From the NCBI GenBank assembly GCA_024234055.1, contig JACKOW010000001.1, forward strand, positions 828,874 to 892,873: a DNA stretch of 64,000 nucleotides, written 5' to 3'. The notes beneath the pieces were generated by a model. That model was not told the DNA's origin. It saw only the letters and a list, made by a program, of their open reading frames with translations, and made no database searches. Shown piece by piece: positions 48,732-58,310 of this stretch. The DNA is from Rhodanobacteraceae bacterium. Lineage in GTDB: Bacteria; Pseudomonadota; Gammaproteobacteria; Xanthomonadales; SZUA-5. A program made the translations under genes and the position numbers. Each line of letters begins with the position of its first letter. Position 1 is the stretch's first letter.

Positions 48732-50834
48732 ATGGCCGTTCGCCTTGTGCTCGCGCTGTTGTGTCTGCCGCTCGCCGGGCTCCTGCCTGCCCAGTCTGTT
48801 CCGGTCTTCAGCGACTCCCTGCAAAGCGGCTTTGCCGACTACTCCTTCGGCGCGCCGGCGCCGAATTTCGCCAACCCGGCGCCGGTGCAGTCGGGCGCCG
48901 CTTCCATCGCCTTCACCGGCAATGACTTCAATGCCATCGGCATGGCCAACATCAATGTGGATTATTCCACGGTCGCCTATCCGACCATCCGACTGTACGT
49001 GCACGGCGGCGCCAGCGGCGGACAGCAGCTTCGCATCTATCTGCAGACCACCGATGCCGGCGGCAACAGCACGCCGGTGGCCGATGCTGAACTCGACAGC
49101 TACATCAGCGGTGGCGCCATTGCCGCCAACGAGTGGCGCGAAGTGCTGGTGCAGATCACCCAGCCACCGCTCAGCTACAGCGGCAGCTTTGACCGCATCG
49201 ATCTGCAATCGGATATCGCCGGAACCCAGCCGGTGTTGTATGTGGACAGCATCAGTCTGGAACCCCCGTCGGGTGGCGGCGGCAATCTGCTGTTCGCCAA
49301 TGGCTTTGAAGGGGGCGGCATCCCGCCGCCGCCGGCCAGCGCGCTGCAGATCGAGCGTGATCAGATGGTCGGCGGCCTGCTCGGCGATCGCTACACCTGG
49401 CGCGATCATAACGATCAGCCGCGGGTGGCGGTGCTGGCCCACAACGACGGCCAGGTTGGGCCCCAGGGGCAGCGTGGTGGCGAGCTCTGGGAGTATCGAT
49501 ATCAGACGCCCGGCGGCACCCGCATCGTTCGCGCCACCAACCAGTTTGCCGGCGGTTTCGGCTATGTGGTCAGCCACCGCGCCGAGGGCACCACCGGGAT
49601 CGGTGGCAATGACGATTCGCCGCTGGGGCATGGCTTCAGCGGACAGTTCGAGCGCGTCTTCGAAGGCCGTCATCACGCCATCCTGCGCTTTACCCAGCGC
49701 TATCCGCGCTATTCGCGGACCACCGCGAATCCGCCCAATACCCAGTATCAGGTCCCGGTCACCATCGAGTGGGTCATCGCGAATGGCCGCGATCATCCGC
49801 TGTGGGCGATGACCTGGGATCTGACCGGTGCGCTGCCCAATGCCGTGCCGGTGGATGCCCTGGAAGACGACACCCGGGCGCCTTATGGCGAGATGCTGTT
49901 CGACGGCAGTGCCAACATGGCGGCGCACAGTGTCATCGCCGGGGTCGGCTGGGGCGATCGTTACAAGTTTGCGTCCACCGGCAATCCGGTCACCTTCGAC
50001 AGCCAATGGACCTGGAATCAGCCCAACACCGTGCCCTATGTGAAACTCTGGACCACAGCCATCGATGCCACCATGGGCACCGTGCAGACCCAGACCATCA
50101 CCCAGCAGGATGCTGGCGGATATTTCGGCACCGATCGCTGGAACAGCACCAGCGCCGCCGGACTGGCATGCACCGTGTTCGGCAACAACTACCGCATGCC
50201 CTGCGATTTCAACTGGCCTTACCAGTCGATCAACTATTCGCTGTTCGGCGCCAGCAGCACCAACAACACCCGGTTGGCCTGGGGCGCCAACTTCGGCTGG
50301 CTCGGTCAGCAGAGCTACTTCGTGCACGGCAGCGCCTTTTACGGCGGCCCGCTGGCCAATGCCACCGCCAGCGGTTGGCCGCGCAAGAGCTACGCCACCT
50401 GGGTGGTGCTCGATCGTCACAGCCTGGACCCGGTCGGCACCCAGGTAGCCGAACTGGAAACGGTACAGAACACCGTAGTCACCGCCACCATCGGCAGCGT
50501 CAACACCAACGGCCCCGCTGGCGTCGCCCGACCCGACACGGTCAACTACAGTCCCGCCGGCTGGAATCACGTCCGCGGCGCCTGGGCCTTCAGCGCCAGC
50601 GGCAACAGCCTCGACGCCAACTTCGCGCTGGCCGGTGGCAGTTTGATCCGGCCGCTGATCATCGTGAGCAACTGGACTGCGGCCGGCTTCCCCAGCGTGG
50701 TGCGATTCAACGGCGCCGTGCTGGCCCTGGATGTGGACTATCTACCCTCCTTGCGACCCGGCTCGAATGAGCTGTGGATCACGCTGGGCCGCAATCTGAA
50801 CGGCGCTGGCAATCGCCTGGAGATCCTGCCTTGA
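48732..50834 (+). CDS. Secreted hypothetical protein (~700 aa): N-terminal beta-sandwich-like domain, Gly/Pro linker, large Trp/Tyr/Asn-rich C-terminal domain (possibly carbohydrate-active)
   Basis: Start MAVRLVLALLCLPLAGLL (signal peptide) with GAGGAG SD. No family recognised. The antisense ORF 48645..50570 is rejected. Confidence 0.55.
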   Translation: MAVRLVLALLCLPLAGLLPAQSVPVFSDSLQSGFADYSFGAPAPNFANPAPVQSGAASIAFTGNDFNAIGMANINVDYSTVAYPTIRLYVHGGASGGQQLRIYLQTTDAGGNSTPVADAELDSYISGGAIAANEWREVLVQITQPPLSYSGSFDRIDLQSDIAGTQPVLYVDSISLEPPSGGGGNLLFANGFEGGGIPPPPASALQIERDQMVGGLLGDRYTWRDHNDQPRVAVLAHNDGQVGPQGQRGGELWEYRYQTPGGTRIVRATNQFAGGFGYVVSHRAEGTTGIGGNDDSPLGHGFSGQFERVFEGRHHAILRFTQRYPRYSRTTANPPNTQYQVPVTIEWVIANGRDHPLWAMTWDLTGALPNAVPVDALEDDTRAPYGEMLFDGSANMAAHSVIAGVGWGDRYKFASTGNPVTFDSQWTWNQPNTVPYVKLWTTAIDATMGTVQTQTITQQDAGGYFGTDRWNSTSAAGLACTVFGNNYRMPCDFNWPYQSINYSLFGASSTNNTRLAWGANFGWLGQQSYFVHGSAFYGGPLANATASGWPRKSYATWVVLDRHSLDPVGTQVAELETVQNTVVTATIGSVNTNGPAGVARPDTVNYSPAGWNHVRGAWAFSASGNSLDANFALAGGSLIRPLIIVSNWTAAGFPSVVRFNGAVLALDVDYLPSLRPGSNELWITLGRNLNGAGNRLEILP

Positions 50835-50879
50835 GCGGACTCGTTCCGGGATGGAGCAAGCTTCCTGTTACCACAGCAA

Positions 50880-51180
50880 CGGTGTAACAGGCCTTTGTAG
50901 TGCCGAGCTTGCTCGAGCTTGCTCGGCAGGGTCTACGGCTCTTGCACGTCCAGACTCGTCTGGACGCTCTCACCACCCAGGCAAAGCCAAAGCCCAGCCA
51001 GAGCAGCGGAGCAAGCTCCGCTCTACCAAAGCGTCGGTGTATGAGGCTGTTGTAGTGCCGAGCTTGCTCGGCAGGAATTGGGGCCTTTTCTGCGCTGCCG
51101 GAAGAGCCAAAGCCTGGCAGAAGCAGCGGAGCAAGCTCCGCTCTACCGGAGCAACAGCGCGCAAGAACAACCAGCAACCA
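50880..51180. repeat. REP-like hairpin units (TGTAGTGCCGAGCTTGCTCGGCAGG; GAGCGGAGCAAGCTCCGCTC) x2, palindrome GCACGTCCAGACTCGTCTGGACGC, CAACCAG array abutting stop
   Basis: Direct reading. Confidence 0.8.
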
Positions 51181-51183
51181 GCC

Positions 51184-52557
51184 CTAGGGCGGCAACACCT
51201 TGCCGGGATTGAGAATCCCGTGCGGGTCGAACTGGGCCTTGATCGCGCGCATCAGGTTCAGGGTTTCGGCCGGCATCGCCCGTGGCAGAAAGTCGCGCTT
51301 GTCGATGCCGATGCCGTGTTCGCCCGAGAGCGTGCCATCGAGGGAAATCACCAGATCGAAGACCGCGCTGAGGCAGTCGCGGGCGCGGCTCTCGGCATCA
51401 CCAGCGGCGGGATCGTAGAGCAGGTTGACGTGCAGATTGCCGTTGCCGGCGTGGCCGAAGCACACGATCAGGGTGTCGTACTTCTCGCTGAGTTGCTGCA
51501 GCCCACGGGTCAGCGCCGGCAGCCGCGTCACCGGCACCACCACGTCCTCGTTGATCTTGCGCGGCGCCAGCGAGCGCAAGATCGGCGAGAGCGCCTTGCG
51601 CGCCGCCCACAGCTCCTGCTGTTCGGTCTCGTCGCCGGCTTGTCGTAGCTCCACACAACCCGGGCCCTGCGCGGCGGCGGCAATCGCTGCCACGGTGTAG
51701 GCGAGCGCCGCTCGGGAACCATCGGCTTCGATCAGCAGCAAGGCTTGTGCCGATTCAGGCAAGGCCAGGCCGGCCCGCTGGCGCACCAGTTTGATTGCCC
51801 TGGCATCCATGAACTCCAGTGCCGAGGGTGTGGCGGCCTGTGCCATCAGCCGCGACACCGCCGCAGCGGCACTGTCGATGGAATCGTAGAGCGCACGCAG
51901 TCCGGCGCGCGCCTGCGGCAGCGGCGTCAGCTTGAGCGTGGCCTGGGTGATCAGGCCGAGCGTGCCCTCGGAACCCACCAGCAAGCGTGTCAGGTCATAG
52001 GCCACGGCGCCCTTGCTGGTGAAACTGCCGCAGACGATCAGCTCACCACTGCCGGAAACAAAGCGCAGACCGAGGATATTGTCCCTGCAGGCGCCGTACT
52101 TCACGGTGCGCGGTCCGCCGGCATTGCAGGCCAGATTGCCGCCGACGGTCGAGTAGGGCGCGCTGGTGGGGTCCGGCGGCCAGAAGAAACCATGTTCGGC
52201 CAGGGCCCGCTGCAGATCGCCATTGATCAGGCCGGGCTCGACCTGGGCGTAGCGGTCACCCGGGGCGATATGGACGATGCGCTGCATGCGCTCGAAACAG
52301 AGCACCACGCTGGGCCTCAGGGGCACCGCGGCGCCGGTGGTCGCGGTGCCGCGGCCGCGAGCGACGATCGGCAAGCGCTCGGCGGCACAGGCTCGCACCA
52401 GGGCCTGCACCTGGGCCTCGCTGTCCGGCAAGGCCACCGCCAGCACCGGGCCCTGGCGTTTGGAATTGTCGTAGCCGTAGACCGCGCAGCTGGCGGCATC
52501 GCTGAGCAGCGCTGTTGTCGGCAGCGCATCGCGCAAAGTCTGCGGGAGAGGCTTCAC
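51184..52557 (-). CDS. FAD-linked oxidase (GlcD / D-lactate dehydrogenase-like)
   Basis: FAD-binding PCMH-type domain and C-terminal FAD-oxidase domain (..GEHGIGIDKRDFL..). GTG start at 52557. Confidence 0.75.
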   Translation of the reverse strand: MKPLPQTLRDALPTTALLSDAASCAVYGYDNSKRQGPVLAVALPDSEAQVQALVRACAAERLPIVARGRGTATTGAAVPLRPSVVLCFERMQRIVHIAPGDRYAQVEPGLINGDLQRALAEHGFFWPPDPTSAPYSTVGGNLACNAGGPRTVKYGACRDNILGLRFVSGSGELIVCGSFTSKGAVAYDLTRLLVGSEGTLGLITQATLKLTPLPQARAGLRALYDSIDSAAAAVSRLMAQAATPSALEFMDARAIKLVRQRAGLALPESAQALLLIEADGSRAALAYTVAAIAAAAQGPGCVELRQAGDETEQQELWAARKALSPILRSLAPRKINEDVVVPVTRLPALTRGLQQLSEKYDTLIVCFGHAGNGNLHVNLLYDPAAGDAESRARDCLSAVFDLVISLDGTLSGEHGIGIDKRDFLPRAMPAETLNLMRAIKAQFDPHGILNPGKVLPP

Positions 52558-53063
52558 CAGCCCGATCCATCCAGCACGAAGGCATTGCGCACCCAGCGCA
52601 GGTCACCGGCGCCGAGCGCCACGACATCGAAGCGACTGGGCCTGCGTGCATATCGCGGATGATCCGCCAGGAACTGGCGAGCAGCGGCGATCAGCCGCCT
52701 CTGTTTGCTGGTCGAAACGCTGTCGATGCCATCGCCGTGACTGCCCGCGGCGCGGAAGCGCACTTCCACGAAGACCACGCAATCGCCTTCGGTCATGACC
52801 AGATCCAGCTCGCCACCGCGAGCCAGGAAATTGCGTGCCAACAGCTTCAGACCAGCGGCCTGCAGATGCGTCAGAGCCTCCGACTCCGCGGCCGCCCCAA
52901 CCACGCCGGTGCCCGCTTTTTCGCGCCCTCGTGCCCTCGCGCCCTCGCGCCCTCGTGCTCCCGTGCCCTCGCGCCCTCGCGCCTCACCGCCCTCGTGCCC
53001 TCGCACGTTTCCCAGCAAGGTCACGAGGCGGGCGCGCCAGCGGTCAGCCAGGGCCTGGAGCAC
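52554..53063 (-). CDS. yraN: YraN (UPF0102) family endonuclease with repeat-encoded N-terminal insertion
   Basis: Core EALTHLQAAGLKLLARNFLARGGELDLVMTEGDCVVFVEVRFR..RFDVVAL matches YraN. A GTG start at 53063 abuts the lpoA stop, giving conserved lpoA-yraN synteny. Codons ~20-53 (GHEGGEARGREGTGARGREGARARGREKAGTG) are encoded by a GCCCTCG octamer array. Coordinates in the 52600-52900 stretch may be off by 1. Confidence 0.65.
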   Translation of the reverse strand: MLQALADRWRARLVTLLGNVRGHEGGEARGREGTGARGREGARARGREKAGTGVVGAAAESEALTHLQAAGLKLLARNFLARGGELDLVMTEGDCVVFVEVRFRAAGSHGDGIDSVSTSKQRRLIAAARQFLADHPRYARRPSRFDVVALGAGDLRWVRNAFVLDGSGW

Positions 53064-53064
53064 T

Positions 53065-54891
53065 TCAGTCCACCGGCCTCGGACTGGCGCCGGTGTAGCG
53101 CGCCCAGCCCGGTTCACGGCGGATGCGGCCGTTGGGATCGGCGCTGAGCGCGCCGGTGGCACCGATCACCGGCCGCCCCGGATTGCGTTCCAGCCATTCC
53201 AGATGCGGCAGCAGGCGGTAGGCGTCCATGCCGAAGGCAAACAGGCGGGCAGCCGGACCGGATGCCGTCTTCAGCGCCACCAGGTCCGAGCGGCTCGGAA
53301 TCGAGCGTTCATTGGTGGCACCCAGCAACCATGGCACCTCGCTGAATTCCACGCCGTCGAGGTCGACATCATCGCTGCTGTTGCTGCCGCCATAGATGGC
53401 GCTGGTGGCCAGGATCGGGAAGCGGGTGGCTTCCAGGCTCTTCAGCTGCGGCAACAACACCCGGGCCTGGGCGTTGCGGGCGAACAGGAAGATGGCGTCG
53501 ACATCGGCCCGCGGCGTGGGATCCATCTTCAGGTCGGCTCCCAGCATGCCGCGCAGGAACTGCAGGCGGGCCTGGCTCTGCTCGATGCCAGTGAGCTTGC
53601 GGATTTCGTTCGACTGATCGGCGGCCGAAGGGTCGTACTCAGTCTGACCGGCAACCACGCCGCCTTGGGCGCGCAGGCGCTCGCCGAAGGCGGCTGCAGC
53701 ACGCTGGCCAACTTCGTCTCTGGGCACCAGCACCAGGGCGCGACGCAAACCGCGCTGAATCATGCGATCGGCCGCGGACGCGGCCTCTTCTTCCGGCAGC
53801 AGGGCGAACTGCAGGCTGCCCGGCGGCGGCAGTGCCGGCGCATCGGCATAGTTCAGGGCCAGCGTCGGCACCCGGGTGACATCGCTCTGGAACAGGGCAG
53901 TCACCGCTTCGCGCGAAATCGGTCCGAGCACCCGCTCGGCGCCGTCATCGAGGGCCTGCTGGTAGGCGGCCATGGTTTCCTCCACGGTGTTGCCGCTGTC
54001 GTAGACCCGCAGCGCCGGCCGTGGATTGGGGTCGGCGAAATAAGCGGCGAAGATGCCCTCGCGCACGGCGCGTGCAGCCGCTGCCAGCGAGCCCCCATTC
54101 GGCAGCAGCACGGCCACACGGCCGTAGGTGGCGCGTTCGATATTATTGAGCACGATGGCGGGCGCTTGTGCTTCCAGCGGCCGGGTGGCGGCGATGTCGC
54201 TGGCGTAACTGCCACCATTGCCGCGTGCCTCAGCCTGGGCCCTGGCGCCGGCCAACAGCCAGGTGTAGAGCGGATCATTGCGGTCGGCCTGTCGCAGGCG
54301 CAGGCGCAACTCGTCTTCCGGCAGGGTGCCGACCAGGGCGCGAATCTCGGCCGCATTGGCGGCCTTGTCGGGGCCATCGGCCAGCAAACGATCCAGCGAG
54401 ACCCGATCGGCAATGGCCTCGAGCACCTGCTCTTGCTGGGCATGCGCACGTGCCCGCAGCTCGTACAGGCGCGGCGCCCGATCTTCAGGCAAACGCCCGT
54501 CTGGCACTGCCAACAGTGCCAGTGCACCGGCGGCATCGCCCTGCGCCAGCGCCAGCTCGGCCTGCAACAGATCCATGCGCATCAGATCGTCGGGCGGCAG
54601 CTTGCGGCGATCAATGCCGTCGAGCAATGCCCTCATGGCCTGATCATCGCCCTCTTCGCGATAGGCTTCGGCTGCCCGCACCTGATAGCGGGCGCGGTCA
54701 CCGCGATTGGCCTTGGCCAGTTCCAGCCAGGCCTGCGCCGCGGAGCGGAATTCGCCCTGCAGATACAGGGTCTGCGCGTCCATTTCGCTCGGCAGATCAG
54801 CCCGCCGGACGGCCGTGGGCTGGCAAGCGACCAGGGTGATGGTCAGAGCCATCAGCAGGAATGATCGGGGCAACATCGGCATCATGAGCAA
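53065..54891 (-). CDS. lpoA: Penicillin-binding protein activator LpoA (lipoprotein)
   Basis: Lipobox LVAC, N-terminal TPR-like region, C-terminal periplasmic-binding-protein-like domain. Divergent from rsmI. Confidence 0.8.
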   Translation of the reverse strand: MLMMPMLPRSFLLMALTITLVACQPTAVRRADLPSEMDAQTLYLQGEFRSAAQAWLELAKANRGDRARYQVRAAEAYREEGDDQAMRALLDGIDRRKLPPDDLMRMDLLQAELALAQGDAAGALALLAVPDGRLPEDRAPRLYELRARAHAQQEQVLEAIADRVSLDRLLADGPDKAANAAEIRALVGTLPEDELRLRLRQADRNDPLYTWLLAGARAQAEARGNGGSYASDIAATRPLEAQAPAIVLNNIERATYGRVAVLLPNGGSLAAAARAVREGIFAAYFADPNPRPALRVYDSGNTVEETMAAYQQALDDGAERVLGPISREAVTALFQSDVTRVPTLALNYADAPALPPPGSLQFALLPEEEAASAADRMIQRGLRRALVLVPRDEVGQRAAAAFGERLRAQGGVVAGQTEYDPSAADQSNEIRKLTGIEQSQARLQFLRGMLGADLKMDPTPRADVDAIFLFARNAQARVLLPQLKSLEATRFPILATSAIYGGSNSSDDVDLDGVEFSEVPWLLGATNERSIPSRSDLVALKTASGPAARLFAFGMDAYRLLPHLEWLERNPGRPVIGATGALSADPNGRIRREPGWARYTGASPRPVD

Positions 54892-54937
54892 AGCGCTATC
54901 GTGCGGTATGAACCTCGCATCATAGCTTGGGGGAAAG

Positions 54938-55771
54938 ATGACCAGTGTTACTGCGCCGTCGACGCTCTATGTCGTGGCCACGCCGATCGGAAATCTCGGC
55001 GATTTCTCGCCTCGCGCCCGGGAAGTTCTGGACGCGGTCGATGCCATCCTGGTGGAGGACACTCGCCAGAGCGGCGTGCTGCTGCGCCATGCCGGCATCG
55101 CCAAACCGATGCTGGCCGTGCACGAGCACAACGAGGGCGAGCGTGCCCAGGCACTGGTCCAGCGTTTGCGCGAAGGCCAGCGACTGGCGCTGATCTCCGA
55201 TGCCGGTACGCCGCTGATCAGCGACCCCGGCTATCGACTGGTAGCCGCCGTGCGCGCCGCCGGATTCGCGGTATCGCCCATTCCCGGGGCCTGCGCGCTG
55301 ATCGCCGCGCTGTCGGTGTCAGGCCTGCCCACCGACCGCTTCAGCTTCGAGGGCTTTCTGCCGGCCAAGGCCGGCGAGCGCCTGACCCGGCTGCAGGCGG
55401 TCGCCGCCGATAGCCGCACCCTGATCTACTACGAAGCGCCGCATCGCATCGCCGACACCCTGGCGGCAGCGGTACAGGCCTTCGGCGCCGACCGCCGGGC
55501 CGTCATTGGCCGCGAGCTGACCAAGCGTTTCGAGACCGTGCTCGACGGCAGCCTCGCCGACCTGCAGGCCCGGGTGCTGGCCGACGCCGACCAGCAGCGT
55601 GGCGAGATCGTGCTCATCATCGCCGGCGCACCGGCCCAGGATGATGCTGCACGTATCGCCGAAGGCAAGCGCCTGTATGCGCTGCTGGCCGAGGAACTGC
55701 CGCCCTCGCGTGCCGCCAGAATTGCCGCCGCCTACACCGGCGCACCGAAGCGTGCGCTGTATGGGGGATAG
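54938..55771 (+). CDS. rsmI: 16S rRNA (cytidine1402-2'-O)-methyltransferase
   Basis: LYVVATPIGNLGD.. tetrapyrrole-methylase fold motifs. Conserved divergent position relative to lpoA. Confidence 0.9.
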   Translation: MTSVTAPSTLYVVATPIGNLGDFSPRAREVLDAVDAILVEDTRQSGVLLRHAGIAKPMLAVHEHNEGERAQALVQRLREGQRLALISDAGTPLISDPGYRLVAAVRAAGFAVSPIPGACALIAALSVSGLPTDRFSFEGFLPAKAGERLTRLQAVAADSRTLIYYEAPHRIADTLAAAVQAFGADRRAVIGRELTKRFETVLDGSLADLQARVLADADQQRGEIVLIIAGAPAQDDAARIAEGKRLYALLAEELPPSRAARIAAAYTGAPKRALYGG

Positions 55772-55789
55772 CGGAGGAGAGGGGCGCGG

Positions 55790-56170
55790 AATCCGGGGCA
55801 TGGGGCACGGGAAGAGCTCACACCTGGGCCTCATTGCGAGCCACCTGTGTCGGCCTGAAACTGCCCACGGGCCATGAACCCCCGGCGTCATTGCGAGCGT
55901 AGCGAAGCAATCCAGGGATGTGCGGCGCTACCCTGGATTGCTTCGTCGCTGCGCTCCTCGCAATGACGCCGGCTCTTGTAGGCCCAGACTTGTCTGGACG
56001 CTCTTGGCGACATGCTGAAAAAGCGTCGAGACAAGTCTGGACCTACAAGAGCCAGAAGCGCGTAGCCTTTTCCCGTGCCCCGTGCCCGTGCCCCGTGCCC
56101 CGTGCCCCGTGCCCCGTGCCCCGTGCCCCGTGCCCCGTGCCCCGTGCCCCGTGCCCCGTGCCCCGTGCCA
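55790..56170. repeat. Repeat mosaic: MITE-like hairpin (GTCATTGCGAGCGTAGCGAAGCAATCCAGGG...CCCTGGATTGCTTCGTCGCTGCGCTCCTCGCAATGACGCC), palindromic CTTGTAGGCCCAGACTTGTCTGGACGC / GTCGAGACAAGTCTGGACCTACAAGAG pair, CCCCGTG x12 array
   Basis: Direct reading. Confidence 0.85.
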
Positions 56171-56182
56171 TCTGCAAACCAG

Positions 56183-56212
56183 AAAGGCGCCGCATTGCTG
56201 CGGCGCCTTTGT
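56183..56212 (-). terminator. Rho-independent terminator (AAAGGCGCCGC-ATTGCTG-CGGCGCCTTT) for the - strand gene ending at 56234
   Basis: 10-bp GC stem with a U-rich tract on the - strand. Confidence 0.6.
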
Positions 56213-56233
56213 GTCAACCATGGAACGATGGGC

Positions 56234-57010
56234 TTACCAGGGATCGGGTACGAAGCCCGGGAAGGGGCGGGCGTCGCCGCGGCCGGCGTAGTAGCGCGGG
56301 ACTCGCGGCATGATCCCGGCGGCGATCAGATTGCGACGGCTGTCGTACCAGATCGCGCTGATTTCACTGGGCTGGGAGCTGGCGCGGACGAACTCGGTGC
56401 TCTGGGCGTAGGACCATTCGCGCTCGCCGTGGCCGGTTCCAAGACGCTTTTCGCCTTCTTGACGATAGCCTTCCTGTGCGCGACCGCTTGCAGCCTGATC
56501 GCTGGCAGAGGGGGCGGACGGGGCGCTCTTCGAAATCTCGTAGGGCTCCTGGTATTGCGGGGTGAAGCGGCGCTCGTTGTAGACCGCGACGCCGATCACG
56601 CCGACATTGTCGGGTCGTCCGGTGCGGGCGGCATAGCTTTCCGGCAGCGGCGCGAAGTTGAAAGCGGCGATTTCGCTCATGTTCTTGCGCCAGCCGTTGA
56701 TCGTCGTGCTCTGCCAGGGCCCGAGCACATAGCCGGATTGCTGCGGATTGGCGGTCTGGCCGGTGACGACATTGACGCCGTCGACCGAGACCACAGCCAG
56801 GACGCGTTCGCCGGTGCGATTGGTCAGGCGAATGGCATAGCGGTGTCCGGGCTCGCCGGCGGCGTACATCTGACCGTCGTGACGGATCAGCGGGATGCTG
56901 CGATTGAGGGTGCGATCCTCGAGCGTGACGTCGACTCGCTGCGCCAGAACAAAGGTCGGCAACACAGCGGCTGCGAGGGCAAACAGTGATACGAGCTTAC
57001 GCGGGGTCAT
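56234..57010 (-). CDS. Secreted hypothetical protein (258 aa)
   Basis: Signal peptide MTPRKLVSLFALAAAVLPTFVLAQ. No family recognised. Confidence 0.5.
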   Translation of the reverse strand: MTPRKLVSLFALAAAVLPTFVLAQRVDVTLEDRTLNRSIPLIRHDGQMYAAGEPGHRYAIRLTNRTGERVLAVVSVDGVNVVTGQTANPQQSGYVLGPWQSTTINGWRKNMSEIAAFNFAPLPESYAARTGRPDNVGVIGVAVYNERRFTPQYQEPYEISKSAPSAPSASDQAASGRAQEGYRQEGEKRLGTGHGEREWSYAQSTEFVRASSQPSEISAIWYDSRRNLIAAGIMPRVPRYYAGRGDARPFPGFVPDPW

Positions 57011-57195
57011 GGCCGTCTCCTGCGGCTGGGGTTCACTGACTGAAACGCCCCAGGGCGGAGAGTGGGGTTAAACGCTCGAAGCTGTTCAGTTGCGGCGAAC
57101 ACTTCATGGGCGCCCTGCCAAGCAAGCTCGGCACGACAACAGCCTCGTACACCGCGGCTTGGGTAGAGCGGAACTTGCTCCGCTGCTTCTCGGGT
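57011..57195. repeat. REP-like hairpin unit (GCCAAGCAAGCTCGGCACGAC..GAGCGGAACTTGCTCCGCTGC)
   Basis: Direct reading. Same family as 19850-20075 and 50880-51180. Confidence 0.7.
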
Positions 57196-58254
57196 TTAGC
57201 GGGCGGGCACTTCCGCCTCTGCGCCTTCGCCGAGCACCACATCCGGCGGTTCCATGGCTTGCCCTGGCGTGACCATGCGATTGACCAGCCAGCCGAGTGC
57301 GCGACCCACCGGTCGCAGCGGCGGCGCGGCCTCGCTGATGATCGGCGCCCAGCTTTGCCCTTCGCGGCGGGCGATGGCAAAACTGAAGACGTACGCGGGC
57401 TCGGAACCCATGCGCAGATCGGTGACTCGAATCTCGTCATCGAGTTCGCGTACGGCGTAATAGCCGTGGGTGAACCAGCGCAGGCGCTCGAAGGCCCACT
57501 GGCCGGTCAGGGAGGGGGTCAGGTGGTCGGCGCTGGGAAAGCGCCGCCAGGGCCCGGGCCGGTGATCGGCCAGCAAGGAGTAATAGGCCTCGCGATAGCC
57601 GCCGGGTTCGCGCACCAGGATGCGCCAGAGCACGGTATTGAAGGCGCTAGGCAGTGCCACCAGCTGGGCCTCCGGACCGAGTTTTCTGCCGAGATCGGCG
57701 CGCGCGTGCGCTGCGATGTGGGCCTGGGCGAGGGCGCTCCAGCCGAGGTAGGCACTGGACAGCGCCAGCGCAACGGGCAGCGAGCGTCCGGCGCCCACGC
57801 TCAGGGGTCGTCGCGCCACCCAGATCATCGCGATCAGCAGCGGCAGGGTGTACAGCGGATCGATGATGAAGATGCTGCCGACCCCGACTGGCGTGTTGTC
57901 CAGCGGCCACCACAGCTGCGTGCCGTAGATGGTCATGGCGTCCAGCAAGGGATGGGTGATCAGCGCCAACCAGAAGGCCAGCAGCCAGCGGCCCGGTGTC
58001 TGGGACAGGTGAGGATCAAGGCGTCGGGCCAGCCACCAAAGCAATGGCGCCAGCACGCTCAACACGATCAGCGAGTGGCTGTAGCTGCGGTGATAGGTGA
58101 AGTCGGCCACGGCATTGCCATAGCCGACCAGCACGTCCAGATCCGGCAGGGTGCCCAGCGCTGCGCCATAGACCAGCGCCCGGCGACGCTGGCCCGGCGG
58201 CACCAGCGCTGCGGCCAGCGTGCCGCCGAGCACGATCTGGGTGAGTGAATCCAA
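57196..58254 (-). CDS. Membrane-bound metal-dependent hydrolase, DUF457/YdjM-like
   Basis: MDSLTQIVLGGTLAAALVP..LGTLPDLDVL.. N-terminal signature. TM core plus C-terminal soluble extension. Confidence 0.65.
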   Translation of the reverse strand: MDSLTQIVLGGTLAAALVPPGQRRRALVYGAALGTLPDLDVLVGYGNAVADFTYHRSYSHSLIVLSVLAPLLWWLARRLDPHLSQTPGRWLLAFWLALITHPLLDAMTIYGTQLWWPLDNTPVGVGSIFIIDPLYTLPLLIAMIWVARRPLSVGAGRSLPVALALSSAYLGWSALAQAHIAAHARADLGRKLGPEAQLVALPSAFNTVLWRILVREPGGYREAYYSLLADHRPGPWRRFPSADHLTPSLTGQWAFERLRWFTHGYYAVRELDDEIRVTDLRMGSEPAYVFSFAIARREGQSWAPIISEAAPPLRPVGRALGWLVNRMVTPGQAMEPPDVVLGEGAEAEVPAR

Positions 58255-58310
58255 GGCTGTCTGGTCCCGTCATGAAGTGGATCAATGGCTGAATGGTGCA
58301 GCGCCGGGTG

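Noticed and set aside
48645-50570. 641-aa - ORF and 49769..50770 + ORF overlapping the 712-aa secreted protein gene
   Set aside because: Gly/Arg-rich shadow frames. The chosen frame has a signal peptide and an SD.
52795-54864. 689-aa + ORF antisense to lpoA/yraN
   Set aside because: Shadow ORF. The lpoA-yraN synteny and lipobox are on the - strand.
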